DNA of 64,000 nt from Nitrospiraceae bacterium (GCA_039794185.1 JBDIVW010000029.1:4596-68595); one strand, 5' to 3'. Positions 1 through 12,858 are shown, counted from the stretch's first letter. Program-made: numbers and translations. Notes: generated from the letters alone by a model not told the origin.

Positions 1-1343
1 AGCGAGGCGCCCCGCTTCGTGTCGCCGCCGGCGAAGACGCCGTCGAGGTTGGTCATGAAGTTCGCATCGACCGCGACCGCCCCACGCGCGTCGTACGTGA
101 CGCCGAGGCTGTCGAGCAGGCCGTTTTTGACCGGGCCGGTGAAGCCCATGGCCAGGAGGACGAGATCCACGTCCATCGTGAAGTCGGTGTTCGGGATCGG
201 CGTGAACTTGCCGTGTTCGAACTGCACGCGATGCGCGTGGAGCTTGGTGACGTGGCCGTTGTGACCGGTGAACTTGGTGGTGGACACGCTCCATTGCCGG
301 TCGCAGCCTTCTTCATGCGCGTGCGACGTGCGGAGCTGCATCGGCCAGAGCGGCCAGGGTGTCGAGGCCGCGCGCTGCGGAGGCGGCTCCGGCAACAACT
401 CGAATTGATGCACTTCGATACAACCCTGCCGGTGCGCCGTCCCGAGACAGTCGGAGCCGGTATCGCCGCCCCCGATGATGACGACCCGCTTCCCCTTGGC
501 GGTGATGGGCTCGCCCAGTTCGGTGTCGCCGGCCACCCGCCGGTTCTGCTGGGTGAGAAAATCCATCGCGCGGTGAATGCCCTTGAGCTCACGCCCGGGC
601 ACCGGGAGCTCGCGCGCCTGCTCGGCCCCCATGGTGAGGCCCACCGCATCGAACTGCTTCCGCAACTGCTCGCCCGTGATGTCCCTGCCGATGACGGTGC
701 TCGTGACGAACTGGACGCCCTCGGCCCTCATCTGGTCGAGCCGGCGGTCGAGGACCCACTTTTCCATTTTGAAGTCGGGAATGCCGTACCGCAGCAGGCC
801 GCCGATCCGGTCGGACTTTTCGTACACCGTCACGTCGTGACCCGCGCGCGCCAATTGCTGCGCGGCCGCCAGCCCGGCCGGCCCGGACCCGACGATCGCG
901 ACGGACTTGCCGGATTTTTCGGCGGGCAGCACCGGCTGCACCCAGCCCTCGTCGAAGCCGCGGTCGATGATGTTCCACTCGATGACGCGGATCGAGACGG
1001 GATCGGCGTTGATGCCTAACACGCAGGCCGATTCGCAGGGCGCCGGACAGAGGCGGCCCGTGAACTCGGGGAAGTTGTTCGTGGTGTGCAGCGCCTTGAG
1101 CGCATCCTGCCAGCGCCCGCGATAGACCAGGTCATTCCACTCCGGAATCAGGTTGATGACCGGACATCCGGTATTGCCCTGGCAGAAGGGCACGCCGCAA
1201 TCCATGCAACGCGCGCCCTGTACCTTCAGCTTGTCCTCCGGGAAGGGCTCGTAGAGCTCCTTGTAATCATGCACGCGCAGCTCGACCGGTCGGCGCGTCG
1301 GCCCTTCCCGCTTGTACTTCATGAACCCCTTGATGTCACCCAT
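1..1343 (-). CDS. gltD: glutamate synthase (NADPH) small subunit, partial; C-terminus runs off the left edge
   Basis: Absent from the supplied ORF track because it is open at the window edge. My own reverse-strand translation from ATG 1343..1341 reads MGDIKGFMKYKREGPTRRPVELRVHDYKELYEPFPEDKLKVQGARCMDCGVPFCQGNTGCPV...GRLCPAPCESACV...KSVAIVGSGPAGLAAAQQLARAG. These are the GltD Cys clusters and Rossmann GxGxxG motif. It lies directly downstream of gltB. Confidence 0.9.
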   Translation of the reverse strand, partial: MGDIKGFMKYKREGPTRRPVELRVHDYKELYEPFPEDKLKVQGARCMDCGVPFCQGNTGCPVINLIPEWNDLVYRGRWQDALKALHTTNNFPEFTGRLCPAPCESACVLGINADPVSIRVIEWNIIDRGFDEGWVQPVLPAEKSGKSVAIVGSGPAGLAAAQQLARAGHDVTVYEKSDRIGGLLRYGIPDFKMEKWVLDRRLDQMRAEGVQFVTSTVIGRDITGEQLRKQFDAVGLTMGAEQARELPVPGRELKGIHRAMDFLTQQNRRVAGDTELGEPITAKGKRVVIIGGGDTGSDCLGTAHRQGCIEVHQFELLPEPPPQRAASTPWPLWPMQLRTSHAHEEGCDRQWSVSTTKFTGHNGHVTKLHAHRVQFEHGKFTPIPNTDFTMDVDLVLLAMGFTGPVKNGLLDSLGVTYDARGAVAVDANFMTNLDGVFAGGDTKRGAS

Positions 1344-1483
1344 CGTGTTTATCCTACCAGTGGTAAGTGCTGAATGCGCTGTGCAGAGTGCTCAGAGACG
1401 AAATTCGCCAATCGTTATTGGTCATGCGTGAAAGAGAATTGTGCTCCACGTTTAACGGTAAACGTTTGTCGGATGATGATCCC

Positions 1484-6019
<4,536 letters not shown>

Positions 6020-6044
6020 GATGGACGACCGTATCCTCTCAGAA

Positions 6045-6060
6045 AGGCAGGTAATTTGCC
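6045..6060 (+). promoter_or_regulatory. sigma54-like -24/-12 element aGGCAGGtaatTTGCc; quasi-palindromic, orientation uncertain
   Basis: GG and GC have the spacing of the TGGCACG-N4-TTGCW consensus. The reverse strand reads gGGCAAAttacCTGCc, also GG-N10-GC. Located 26 nt outside the gltB ATG. Confidence 0.3.
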
Positions 6061-6470
6061 CAATGACCGCCCCTAAAGACACATCAACCTGCCTCAAGGC
6101 GGGCGGCAGGATGCTCCAGACACATGTAGACCCGGATTGAACGGACAAATTACTGGATGGTGGACAAAGCTGTCAAGCGACCGAAGTCGCTCACGTTTTC
6201 TCCCATCACTCGGACGCAGACGTCCCGCCCGCCAGGCGCAGTGGAAACCCGTGCGCACGGTATCTGCACCCAGTCTCGTGCAACGGGATGACGAGACCAA
6301 GCCTCCCGCGCCGAGCGCACGGCTGAGACGCTGCGGACAAATGCTGAATGCACAGCAGCAGGCCGGGTTCAACGCCCCCGGCCTGCCGAGATCCCATGAT
6401 CTGCTGGGGCCTGTGGACCGCCGCAAGACTCCCGCCCGGCCTGTCTCATCCCTGCATGCACGCGGCTATC

Positions 6471-6510
6471 CTATACCCGCTCACTGTAACCTATACCCGC
6501 TCACTGTAAT
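6471..6510. repeat. tandem direct repeat, 2 x 20 bp (ctatacccgctcactgtaaC / ctatacccgctcactgtaaT)
   Basis: Read directly: 19 of 20 positions identical, head-to-tail, ending 1 nt before a TTGACA hexamer. Confidence 0.95.
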
Positions 6511-6539
6511 TTGACACGCGTACAGTATTGCTGTACATT
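6511..6539 (+). promoter_or_regulatory. candidate sigma70 promoter TTGACA-17 nt-TACATT with embedded inverted repeat GTACAG-N5-CTGTAC (6520..6536)
   Basis: Perfect -35 hexamer at 6511..6516, 17-nt spacer, -10-like TACATT at 6534..6539. About 55 nt upstream of the NusG-paralog ATG at 6593. Confidence 0.45.
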
Positions 6540-6592
6540 TCCCGCACGGCATCGAACGCGTGTCGCACGTGTATCGCACAGGGGCTACGCGA

Positions 6593-7144
6593 ATGACCCG
6601 AGACAGCCCTCCCTCATCACCCATCGATCAGTCGGCACGAACCGCGTCCTCTTATAATTGGTACGTGATTCGCTGCAAGGGACGCCAGGAGCGGTTGGTG
6701 CGGACGTACCTGGAACGGGCGCGGATCACTACCTTCTACCCTGAAATCCGGTATGTCCGGCGCACCAGTACAGGAACGGCCACTCACGTCGGCCCGCTTT
6801 TTCCGGGATACGTGTTCGCGAAGTGCGATCTTCGGCTGCACTTTCGGACCCTTGCCTATTGCAGAGGGGTGAAAGAACTGGTGACCTTCGGGAACTCCCC
6901 CGCATGCGTCGATCAGGAATTGATCGAGGCCATCAGGTCCAGGATATCGAATGGGTATGTACGGCAGGAACCTTCGGCTTTCCGCCCAGGCCAACCGGTG
7001 CGGGTTCAAGAAGGTCCGCTCAGGGGGCTGGAGGCCGTATTCCAAGAAACGCTCTCGGATCGACAGCGGGTGGTGCTGCTCCTCAAGGCGCTCGCCTACC
7101 AGGCCAGGCTCGTCGTCAGTCCACGCATCGTTCAGGGTCTGTAG
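6593..7144 (+). CDS. NusG-family paralog (NGN + KOW), RfaH/LoaP/UpxY-like specialised transcription elongation factor
   Basis: ORF 6560..7144. NGN-like WYVIRCKGRQERLVRTYLE...LFPGYVFAK and a KOW-like FRPGQPVRVQEGPLRGLEAVF. Start could be GTG 6560 or ATG 6593. Confidence 0.8.
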   Translation: MTRDSPPSSPIDQSARTASSYNWYVIRCKGRQERLVRTYLERARITTFYPEIRYVRRTSTGTATHVGPLFPGYVFAKCDLRLHFRTLAYCRGVKELVTFGNSPACVDQELIEAIRSRISNGYVRQEPSAFRPGQPVRVQEGPLRGLEAVFQETLSDRQRVVLLLKALAYQARLVVSPRIVQGL

Positions 7145-7311
7145 GGTCGAGCCAAGGAGAGCCGGTAATGAGGCGGCGCGCGGCCTTCGTGGAGCTTCTT
7201 GCTCTGTGGGTGCATCCCGGTCGGAGCAAATCGGGGTGGGAAAGGACAGGTAACCCCTCCAATGCAAATCATGCTGCCGGTGCGAATCAACTTGCGAAAG
7301 GACATACGCCC

Positions 7312-7899
7312 GTGACCGCGAAGAAGAAATCCGGAGAATCACCCAAGACCGATCGGCCACTCGGCGAGTGCGTGCGAAAGCTTCGGGAATCACAGCAGCT
7401 ATCCGTGCGCACGCTGGCGAGCAAGTGCGGATTTTCGGCGAGTTTCATCTCCCAGATCGAATTAGGGCAGGCGTCTCCGTCGCTCGCCTCTCTGGAGCGC
7501 CTCGCCGCGGCGCTCGGCGTGACCTTGGGGGAGTTCTTCCAAACCGCTTCTCCACCGGGCCCCGCCATCGTCAGGGCGGCCGAACGTCAGGCGCTGCATA
7601 GTGAATGGTCGCACGCCAAGATCGAGACGCTGGGAGCGATCCATCCAGGCAGCAGACTGGAAGCCATACTGGTAACGCTCCGATCCGGAGGAGCAAGCGG
7701 ATCGCGGGTGCATACTCATGAGACGGAACTGCTGGCCGTGGTGTTCGACGGCGAGGTGCTCCTAACCCTGGATGACGCCGTCCATGCCTTGGAGCGGGGA
7801 GACGCCGTGACGATCCCCGCCGGCACCCGGCACCGCTGGCAAAACAAGAGCGGGAAATCCGCTCAGATCCTGAAGGTGAACCCCAGAATGAACTTCTGA
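7312..7899 (+). CDS. XRE-family HTH + cupin-domain transcriptional regulator
   Basis: C-terminal part of ORF 6823..7899. HTH LGECVRKLRESQQLSVRTLASKCGFSASFISQIELGQASPSLASLERLAAALG, then cupin HTHETELLAVVFDGEVLLTL...GDAVTIPAGTRHRWQN. Start GTG 7312 is preceded by AAAGGA. Alternative ATG at 7168. Confidence 0.8.
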   Translation: MTAKKKSGESPKTDRPLGECVRKLRESQQLSVRTLASKCGFSASFISQIELGQASPSLASLERLAAALGVTLGEFFQTASPPGPAIVRAAERQALHSEWSHAKIETLGAIHPGSRLEAILVTLRSGGASGSRVHTHETELLAVVFDGEVLLTLDDAVHALERGDAVTIPAGTRHRWQNKSGKSAQILKVNPRMNF

Positions 7900-8038
7900 G
7901 GACGGCCCACAACGGGCCGACCTCGCCTGTATCTCGAACAGCCTGGGCCAGGGACTGATCGGGGCAGGAGTTCGTTGCGCTGACCGGCATGACCCCGATG
8001 CTTGAGAGTGGCCGACAATCTGAAATGGTGCAGGCTCG

Positions 8039-9673
8039 ATGAGCGCAAAGGACGTACTCTTCGCCCACGAGGCTCGGATGGCCGTCTTACGCGGAGTGCG
8101 CACGCTCGCGGACGCTGTGAGCGTCACCCTCGGCCCTTGCGGTCGCCATGCCATGATTCAGCGGACGTCGGGGGCGCCCTTCATCACCAAGGACGGAGTC
8201 ACCGTCGCCACGGTCATCGAATTGGAAGATCCTTACGAAAATGCGGGGGTCCATCTCGTGAAAGAGGCGGCCACCAGAAGCCGTGATCTCGCGGGGGACG
8301 GCACCGCCACGGCCATCGTGCTGGCCGCATCCATGGTCCAGGAAGGAGTCAAGCACCTTACGGCGGGTGCGTCTCCGATGGCCGTGGGGCGAGGTCTCGA
8401 TCGGGCGACGGAATTCGTCATGACGGCGCTCCACGAACAAAGTCGGCCCTGTGCCTCGCACCGAGCCCTGGAACAGGTCGCGACGGTCTCGGCGAATGGT
8501 GATCCGGCCCTCGGCGCGCTCATCGCCGAGGCAATCGAACGGGTCGGAGCGGACGGGCTCGTGGCCGTCGAGGCCTGCAGCCGGCCTGCCGGTCATCTCG
8601 ATGTGATCGAGGGATCCCACTTCGACCGTGGATATCGGTCCCCCGAATTCGTCATCGACCCTGATCAGCCAGAGGTCATCGTGGAGCAGCCTTTGATTCT
8701 CATCTGTGAATCGGGCATCGCCCGACTCGACGACCTGATGCCGCTGATCCGCCACGTGAAGGAGACGGGCTCTTCGCTCGTGATCATTTCGGAGGAGCTG
8801 GCGCCCGAGGTGTTTGCCGCGCTCGTTGAGAATGTCCGTCGCGGAATTCTGAAGGTCGTCGCAGTCCCGGCTCCGGCATTCGGCGCCCATCGGCGGAACC
8901 TGCTCGAGGACCTGGCCGCGCTCACCGGGACCACGGTCGTTTCCGATGAACTCGGCCCCCCGCTCCGTCATGCACAACCCGAGGGACTGGGTCGGGCAGG
9001 CCGCGTGACCATCAGCGGGTCCAGGACCACCGTGGTAGGCGGGGCCGGAAATCTCACGGACGTTGCCGTGCGACTGGCACGCGTCCGGTCCGCTCTGGCC
9101 ACGTCGGCATCGGACCACGACCGCGTGGAGCTTCGGGAGCGCGCCGCGCTGCTAGCCGGTCGGATGGCCGTAATGCGTATCGGCGCGCTCACGGAAACCG
9201 AGTCGAGCGAGAAGAAGGCGCGGACGGAGGACGCCCTGCATGCCGCGAGGGCGGCATCGCGGGACGGGATCCTCCCCGGCGGCGGCCTCGCGCTGGTTCG
9301 TGCAGCCGCGGCGCTGGATCGACTCCGACTCCCTGGAGATGAACAGGTCGGCGTCAAGGTCTTGCGTCGTGCGCTGGAGGCCCCGATCCGACATATCGCC
9401 GAGAACGCCGGCTATTCGGGCTCCGTGGTCCTGAGCATGGTCCGGCAGGCGCCCGACTCGATTGGATTCGACGCCGCACGCGGCGGCTACGTCGACATGG
9501 TCTCGGAGGGCATCCTCGACCCGACTACGGTCACCTGCAGCGCGCTGGCGCACGCCGCGAGCGTGGCGGCGCTGGTGTTGTCCAGCGAAGTGATCGTGGC
9601 GGACCCGCCGGGTGAGCACGGGAGAGCCGGGGAGGCAGAATGGATCAATCCCGAACGGCCCGACCCCTCATGA
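8039..9673 (+). CDS. divergent Cpn60/GroEL-family chaperonin paralog, with no adjacent groES
   Basis: MSAKDVLFAHEARMAVLRGVRTLADAVSVTLGP...ITKDGVTVA...LAGDGTATAIVLA...EDALHAARAA...LPGGGLALV. No Gly-Met-rich tail; it ends ...EWINPERPDPS. Confidence 0.9.
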   Translation: MSAKDVLFAHEARMAVLRGVRTLADAVSVTLGPCGRHAMIQRTSGAPFITKDGVTVATVIELEDPYENAGVHLVKEAATRSRDLAGDGTATAIVLAASMVQEGVKHLTAGASPMAVGRGLDRATEFVMTALHEQSRPCASHRALEQVATVSANGDPALGALIAEAIERVGADGLVAVEACSRPAGHLDVIEGSHFDRGYRSPEFVIDPDQPEVIVEQPLILICESGIARLDDLMPLIRHVKETGSSLVIISEELAPEVFAALVENVRRGILKVVAVPAPAFGAHRRNLLEDLAALTGTTVVSDELGPPLRHAQPEGLGRAGRVTISGSRTTVVGGAGNLTDVAVRLARVRSALATSASDHDRVELRERAALLAGRMAVMRIGALTETESSEKKARTEDALHAARAASRDGILPGGGLALVRAAAALDRLRLPGDEQVGVKVLRRALEAPIRHIAENAGYSGSVVLSMVRQAPDSIGFDAARGGYVDMVSEGILDPTTVTCSALAHAASVAALVLSSEVIVADPPGEHGRAGEAEWINPERPDPS

Positions 9674-10692
9674 GCCCATCGGCATCCAAACGATCGGGAC
9701 CGCGTGCACTCGTCACCGGAGCCACCGGCTTCATCGGAGCGCACGTCGCCCGTATGTTGATCCGGCAGGGGCTCGAGGTGCGGGTATTGGTCAGGCCGAC
9801 CAGTCGCCTCGACGCGCTGGCCGACCTGCCGGTCAAACCGATTCTCGGTGGGCTCGACGACCATTCCGCGCTGGAGCGTGCGGTGCAGGACGTCGAGTAC
9901 CTGTTTCATGTGGCGGCGGATTACCGATTCTGGGTCCCGGACCCCGGCCAGATGTGGGACGTGAATGTGGGCGGAACCATGCGCCTGTTGAACGCGGCCG
10001 TCCGGGCCGGTGTTCGCCGCATCGTCTATACCTCCAGCGGGGTGACGGTGCGCTCCACCGCCACTCAGATGGGAACCGAGGACGACTTCGCGCAAGGGTG
10101 GCGCAGCCTCTACCAGCGCACCAAGATGGTCGCGGAGCAAGAGGTGTGGCGGTTGATCCGGGAGGGCGGGCCCGTCATTATCGTCAATCCCACCACTCCG
10201 ATCGGCGCGGGGGACTGGAAACCCACTCCGACGGGACGGCTCATCGTGGATTTTCTCAACGGGCGCGTGCCCGCCTACCTGGATGCCGTCTTCAACTGGA
10301 TCTCCGTTCAGGACGTGGCGGCCGGTCATTGGCTGGCAGCGGAACGGGGCCGGATCGGCGAGCGCTACATTCTGGGCCACGAGAACCGCACACTGGGAGA
10401 GCTGCTGGCCCACCTCGGCGAGGTCGGCGGCCAGGCCCCGCCTCAGATCAAGATTCCCTACGCCCTCGCCTACATGGCCGGGGCGTCCGGACAGCTCTGG
10501 GGGCGCCTCAGCGGCCGAGAACCCCGGGCCACACTGGATGGCGTCCGGATGGCCGGGCATCCCAGGCAGTACTCCAGCGCCAAGGCGGTCAAGGAGTTGG
10601 AGCTTCCCCAAACCCCGTTGCGGGCGGCTGCGGAAGAAGCCGTCCGCTGGTTTCGCCAACACGGCTATGTCACCCGAGGAGGGTCGAAATGA
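9670..10692 (+). CDS. hpnA: hopanoid-associated sugar epimerase-like NAD-dependent epimerase/dehydratase
   Basis: ALVTGATGFIGAHVARML...VRVLVRPTS...FHVAADYRFWVPDP...RIVYTSS, the pattern I associate with the HpnA family. ATG 9670 overlaps the chaperonin stop (ATGA). Alternative ATG at 9640. Confidence 0.75.
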   Translation: MSPSASKRSGPRALVTGATGFIGAHVARMLIRQGLEVRVLVRPTSRLDALADLPVKPILGGLDDHSALERAVQDVEYLFHVAADYRFWVPDPGQMWDVNVGGTMRLLNAAVRAGVRRIVYTSSGVTVRSTATQMGTEDDFAQGWRSLYQRTKMVAEQEVWRLIREGGPVIIVNPTTPIGAGDWKPTPTGRLIVDFLNGRVPAYLDAVFNWISVQDVAAGHWLAAERGRIGERYILGHENRTLGELLAHLGEVGGQAPPQIKIPYALAYMAGASGQLWGRLSGREPRATLDGVRMAGHPRQYSSAKAVKELELPQTPLRAAAEEAVRWFRQHGYVTRGGSK

Positions 10693-11378
10693 AGATCGCG
10701 CTGGTCGCCGAAGTGAAATGGGAAGTCCGCGAGGTCTGCCGGCGTTTGAAACTGGACCTCCTGGATGCGCGGGATGAGGTCTGGGGAGCGACACTGAACG
10801 GGCATACCGTCCGGCTTTGCCTGTCGGGCATGGTCCCCGAAGTGGCCCATGAGCGGGTCCCCCGATTTTTGGATTCCGCGCGACCAGACCTGATGATTTG
10901 CTCGGGCCTGGCCGGGGCGCTCCGTCCCCACGTCAAGGTGGGAGAGCTCGTGGTGCAGTCCGAAGACGAAGCCCTCCTCGCCATGGCCGAACGGGCGCTC
11001 AAGGACTCGAATATCCCGTTCCATGTCGGCCCCCTCGTCACGGTCAGCAAGCCGGTCCTGACCCCGGACGCAAGGCGCCACCTGGCGTCACGGACGCCCG
11101 CGATCGCCGTGGATATGGAAAGCCAAACGATTGCGGCGCTCTGCCGGGAGCGCGGCATCCCCTGCCTCGCCATGAAGGGCGTCTCCGACGGCATCACCGA
11201 CGATCTTTCACCGATCCTCGGCGGGTTCGAGATCATCCACATCCCTCGGATCGCTCTGCGGGTGCTCGGTTGTCCGAACACCTGGCCGTTGGCCGCACGG
11301 CTGGCCCGGCACAGTTATGTGGCCGCCGATCGACTCGGACACGGCGTCTGGGCGACCTTGGTGGGAATCGGCGCATGA
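10689..11378 (+). CDS. hpnG: hopanoid-associated phosphorylase-like protein (PNP/UDP phosphorylase fold)
   Basis: Inner part of ORF 9612..11378: MKIALVAEVKWE...CSGLAGAL...AVDMESQTIAALC...AMKGVSD. ATGA overlap with hpnA-like at 10689..10692. Confidence 0.7.
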   Translation: MKIALVAEVKWEVREVCRRLKLDLLDARDEVWGATLNGHTVRLCLSGMVPEVAHERVPRFLDSARPDLMICSGLAGALRPHVKVGELVVQSEDEALLAMAERALKDSNIPFHVGPLVTVSKPVLTPDARRHLASRTPAIAVDMESQTIAALCRERGIPCLAMKGVSDGITDDLSPILGGFEIIHIPRIALRVLGCPNTWPLAARLARHSYVAADRLGHGVWATLVGIGA

Positions 11379-11755
11379 TGAAGAGCACCAGCCCGCTGTC
11401 GGAGGGGCAACAGCGCGAACTCCGTGGTCTGTTGGAGGATCAGCGGGAGCATCTCGAACGGCTGCTGCTGGAGTTCCGGACCCAGGCACAGCCGGTCGGG
11501 CTCGACCTTCCAATCGGACGCCTGAGCCGGATGGATGCCCTCCAGCAACAGCAGATGGCGGCCGGCCAGCAGCGCAGACTGGAACAGGAGCTCCAGCAGG
11601 TTCTCGCGGCCCTGGGACGAATCGATCGGCGGCAATATGGGCTGTGTCTCCGCTGCTCGGAGCCGATTCCATACGGCCGGCTGGTCATTCGTCCGACGAC
11701 CACGCTCTGTTATGACTGCCAGTCCGAGCGCGAAACAATACAGAGGAAATCCTGA
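11375..11755 (+). CDS. TraR/DksA-family C4 zinc-finger protein
   Basis: Coiled-coil N-terminus, then CLRCSEPIPYGRLVIRPTTTLCYDC (CxxC-N17-CxxC). ATGA overlap with hpnG-like at 11375..11378. Confidence 0.8.
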   Translation: MMKSTSPLSEGQQRELRGLLEDQREHLERLLLEFRTQAQPVGLDLPIGRLSRMDALQQQQMAAGQQRRLEQELQQVLAALGRIDRRQYGLCLRCSEPIPYGRLVIRPTTTLCYDCQSERETIQRKS

Positions 11756-11816
11756 CCTGATGACGGCAAGCCTCCGAGGGCCCGCTCGGAGAGGCTCATG
11801 ACCGTCGAGCCCTCAC

Positions 11817-12539
11817 ATGGCAAAGCTCGGTGTCCCACTACAGGAAGCGGTCATCGCACGGATCGCAGCCCAGCGTCGCGGCCGCGTGTTGGATATCGGG
11901 ACCGAGTCGGGACACCTGGCCCTCCGGCTCGCGGCGCTCGGCTTCGAGGCCCACGCCTGTGATTGTCTCCCCGAACCGACCGCCGGCCTAGAGCGGAACG
12001 TTGCTTATCGGCAGTGCGATCTGAACGTCGGCCTCCCCTACCCGGACGCGAGCTTCGACTACCTGGCCTGTCTCGAAGTCATTGAACACCTCGACGACCC
12101 CTTCGCCCTTTGCCGGGAATTGCGCCGGGTGCTCCGAAAGGACGGGCGTCTCTATCTCAGCACGCCGAATATCCTCAGTTTGAGAAGCCGCGTGCGGTTT
12201 TTGCTGGACGGGAGCTTCCTGTACTTCGATTGGCCCCCGATCGAATGGCATCGGCACAAGAGCCGTCCGAGCGTGCACGTCCATCCCATCCGGTACCATG
12301 AACTGGAGTATTACCTGCTCCAAGCGGGACTTCATGTGAAGGCCGCCTTTACGAACATGCGCTCCGAGAGCTGGAAATGGGCGAGTCCCCTGGTGTGGGG
12401 GATCCGCACCTATGCCAGGCATCGAACGGTGCGCGCGCGCGCCAAACACGGCATCTGCCTGGACAGGATTTATAGACGCATTCTGACCGAGGATCTCCTG
12501 TACGGGACGCACCTGATCGTGCAGGCCGAACCCGCCTAG
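11817..12539 (+). CDS. class I SAM-dependent methyltransferase
   Basis: Motif I VLDIGTESGHLALRLA, an acidic loop, and RVLRKDGRLYLSTPN. Confidence 0.8.
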   Translation: MAKLGVPLQEAVIARIAAQRRGRVLDIGTESGHLALRLAALGFEAHACDCLPEPTAGLERNVAYRQCDLNVGLPYPDASFDYLACLEVIEHLDDPFALCRELRRVLRKDGRLYLSTPNILSLRSRVRFLLDGSFLYFDWPPIEWHRHKSRPSVHVHPIRYHELEYYLLQAGLHVKAAFTNMRSESWKWASPLVWGIRTYARHRTVRARAKHGICLDRIYRRILTEDLLYGTHLIVQAEPA

Positions 12540-12689
12540 ATGACACCGACAACACCTCGATGCTTCCATCTGTCGTCACAGGGATATCGGTAGTGGATAT
12601 GAAAAGCTTCCGCAGTTTCGCTTCGTGGCGTGTCTCTATCTCATTGAAAAGTAAAGTCGGACCACGGTCCGTCGCAGGCGTGACCCATC

Positions 12690-12701
12690 AAAAAAAAAAA
12701 A
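12690..12701. repeat. A12 homopolymer in an intergenic region
   Basis: Read directly (catc-AAAAAAAAAAAA-ccgtcc). Unusual in this GC-rich context. Confidence 0.95.
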
Positions 12702-12822
12702 CCGTCCGGCTGGCCGCGAGCGCCCGAACCACCTCGGACATCCTGCATCAAAAGTCCGGCGGTCTAGACCACAAAGGTGAGGTGCGCTCGACAATCCTCC
12801 CCCTCTTCTTCACGGCTTCACC

Positions 12823-12851
12823 TTGACTTGCCTCCAGCCCTGCCCTACTAT
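12823..12851 (+). promoter_or_regulatory. candidate sigma70 promoter TTGACT-17 nt-TACTAT; the -10 ends 7 nt before the ATG
   Basis: TTGACT at 12823..12828, TACTAT at 12846..12851, ATG at 12859. No SD-like purine run between them (cgccgcc). Confidence 0.4.
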
Positions 12852-12858
12852 CGCCGCC

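Noticed and set aside
6094-6514. Several 60-125-aa ORFs in the gltB/NusG-paralog intergenic region
   Set aside because: They overlap on both strands, give Arg/Pro/Ser-rich translations, and have no RBS. The region is better explained as regulatory or non-coding.
7900-8038. Search for a CIRCE/HrcA operator (TTAGCACTC-N9-GAGTGCTAA) or a groES gene before the GroEL paralog
   Set aside because: Neither was found. Only a short GGCCC-N5-GGGCC hairpin is present, so no heat-shock regulatory call is made.
12560-12826. 88-aa ORF in the methyltransferase-ispB spacer
   Set aside because: It runs through the A12 tract (giving KKK), has atypical composition and no RBS. The region is treated as non-coding.
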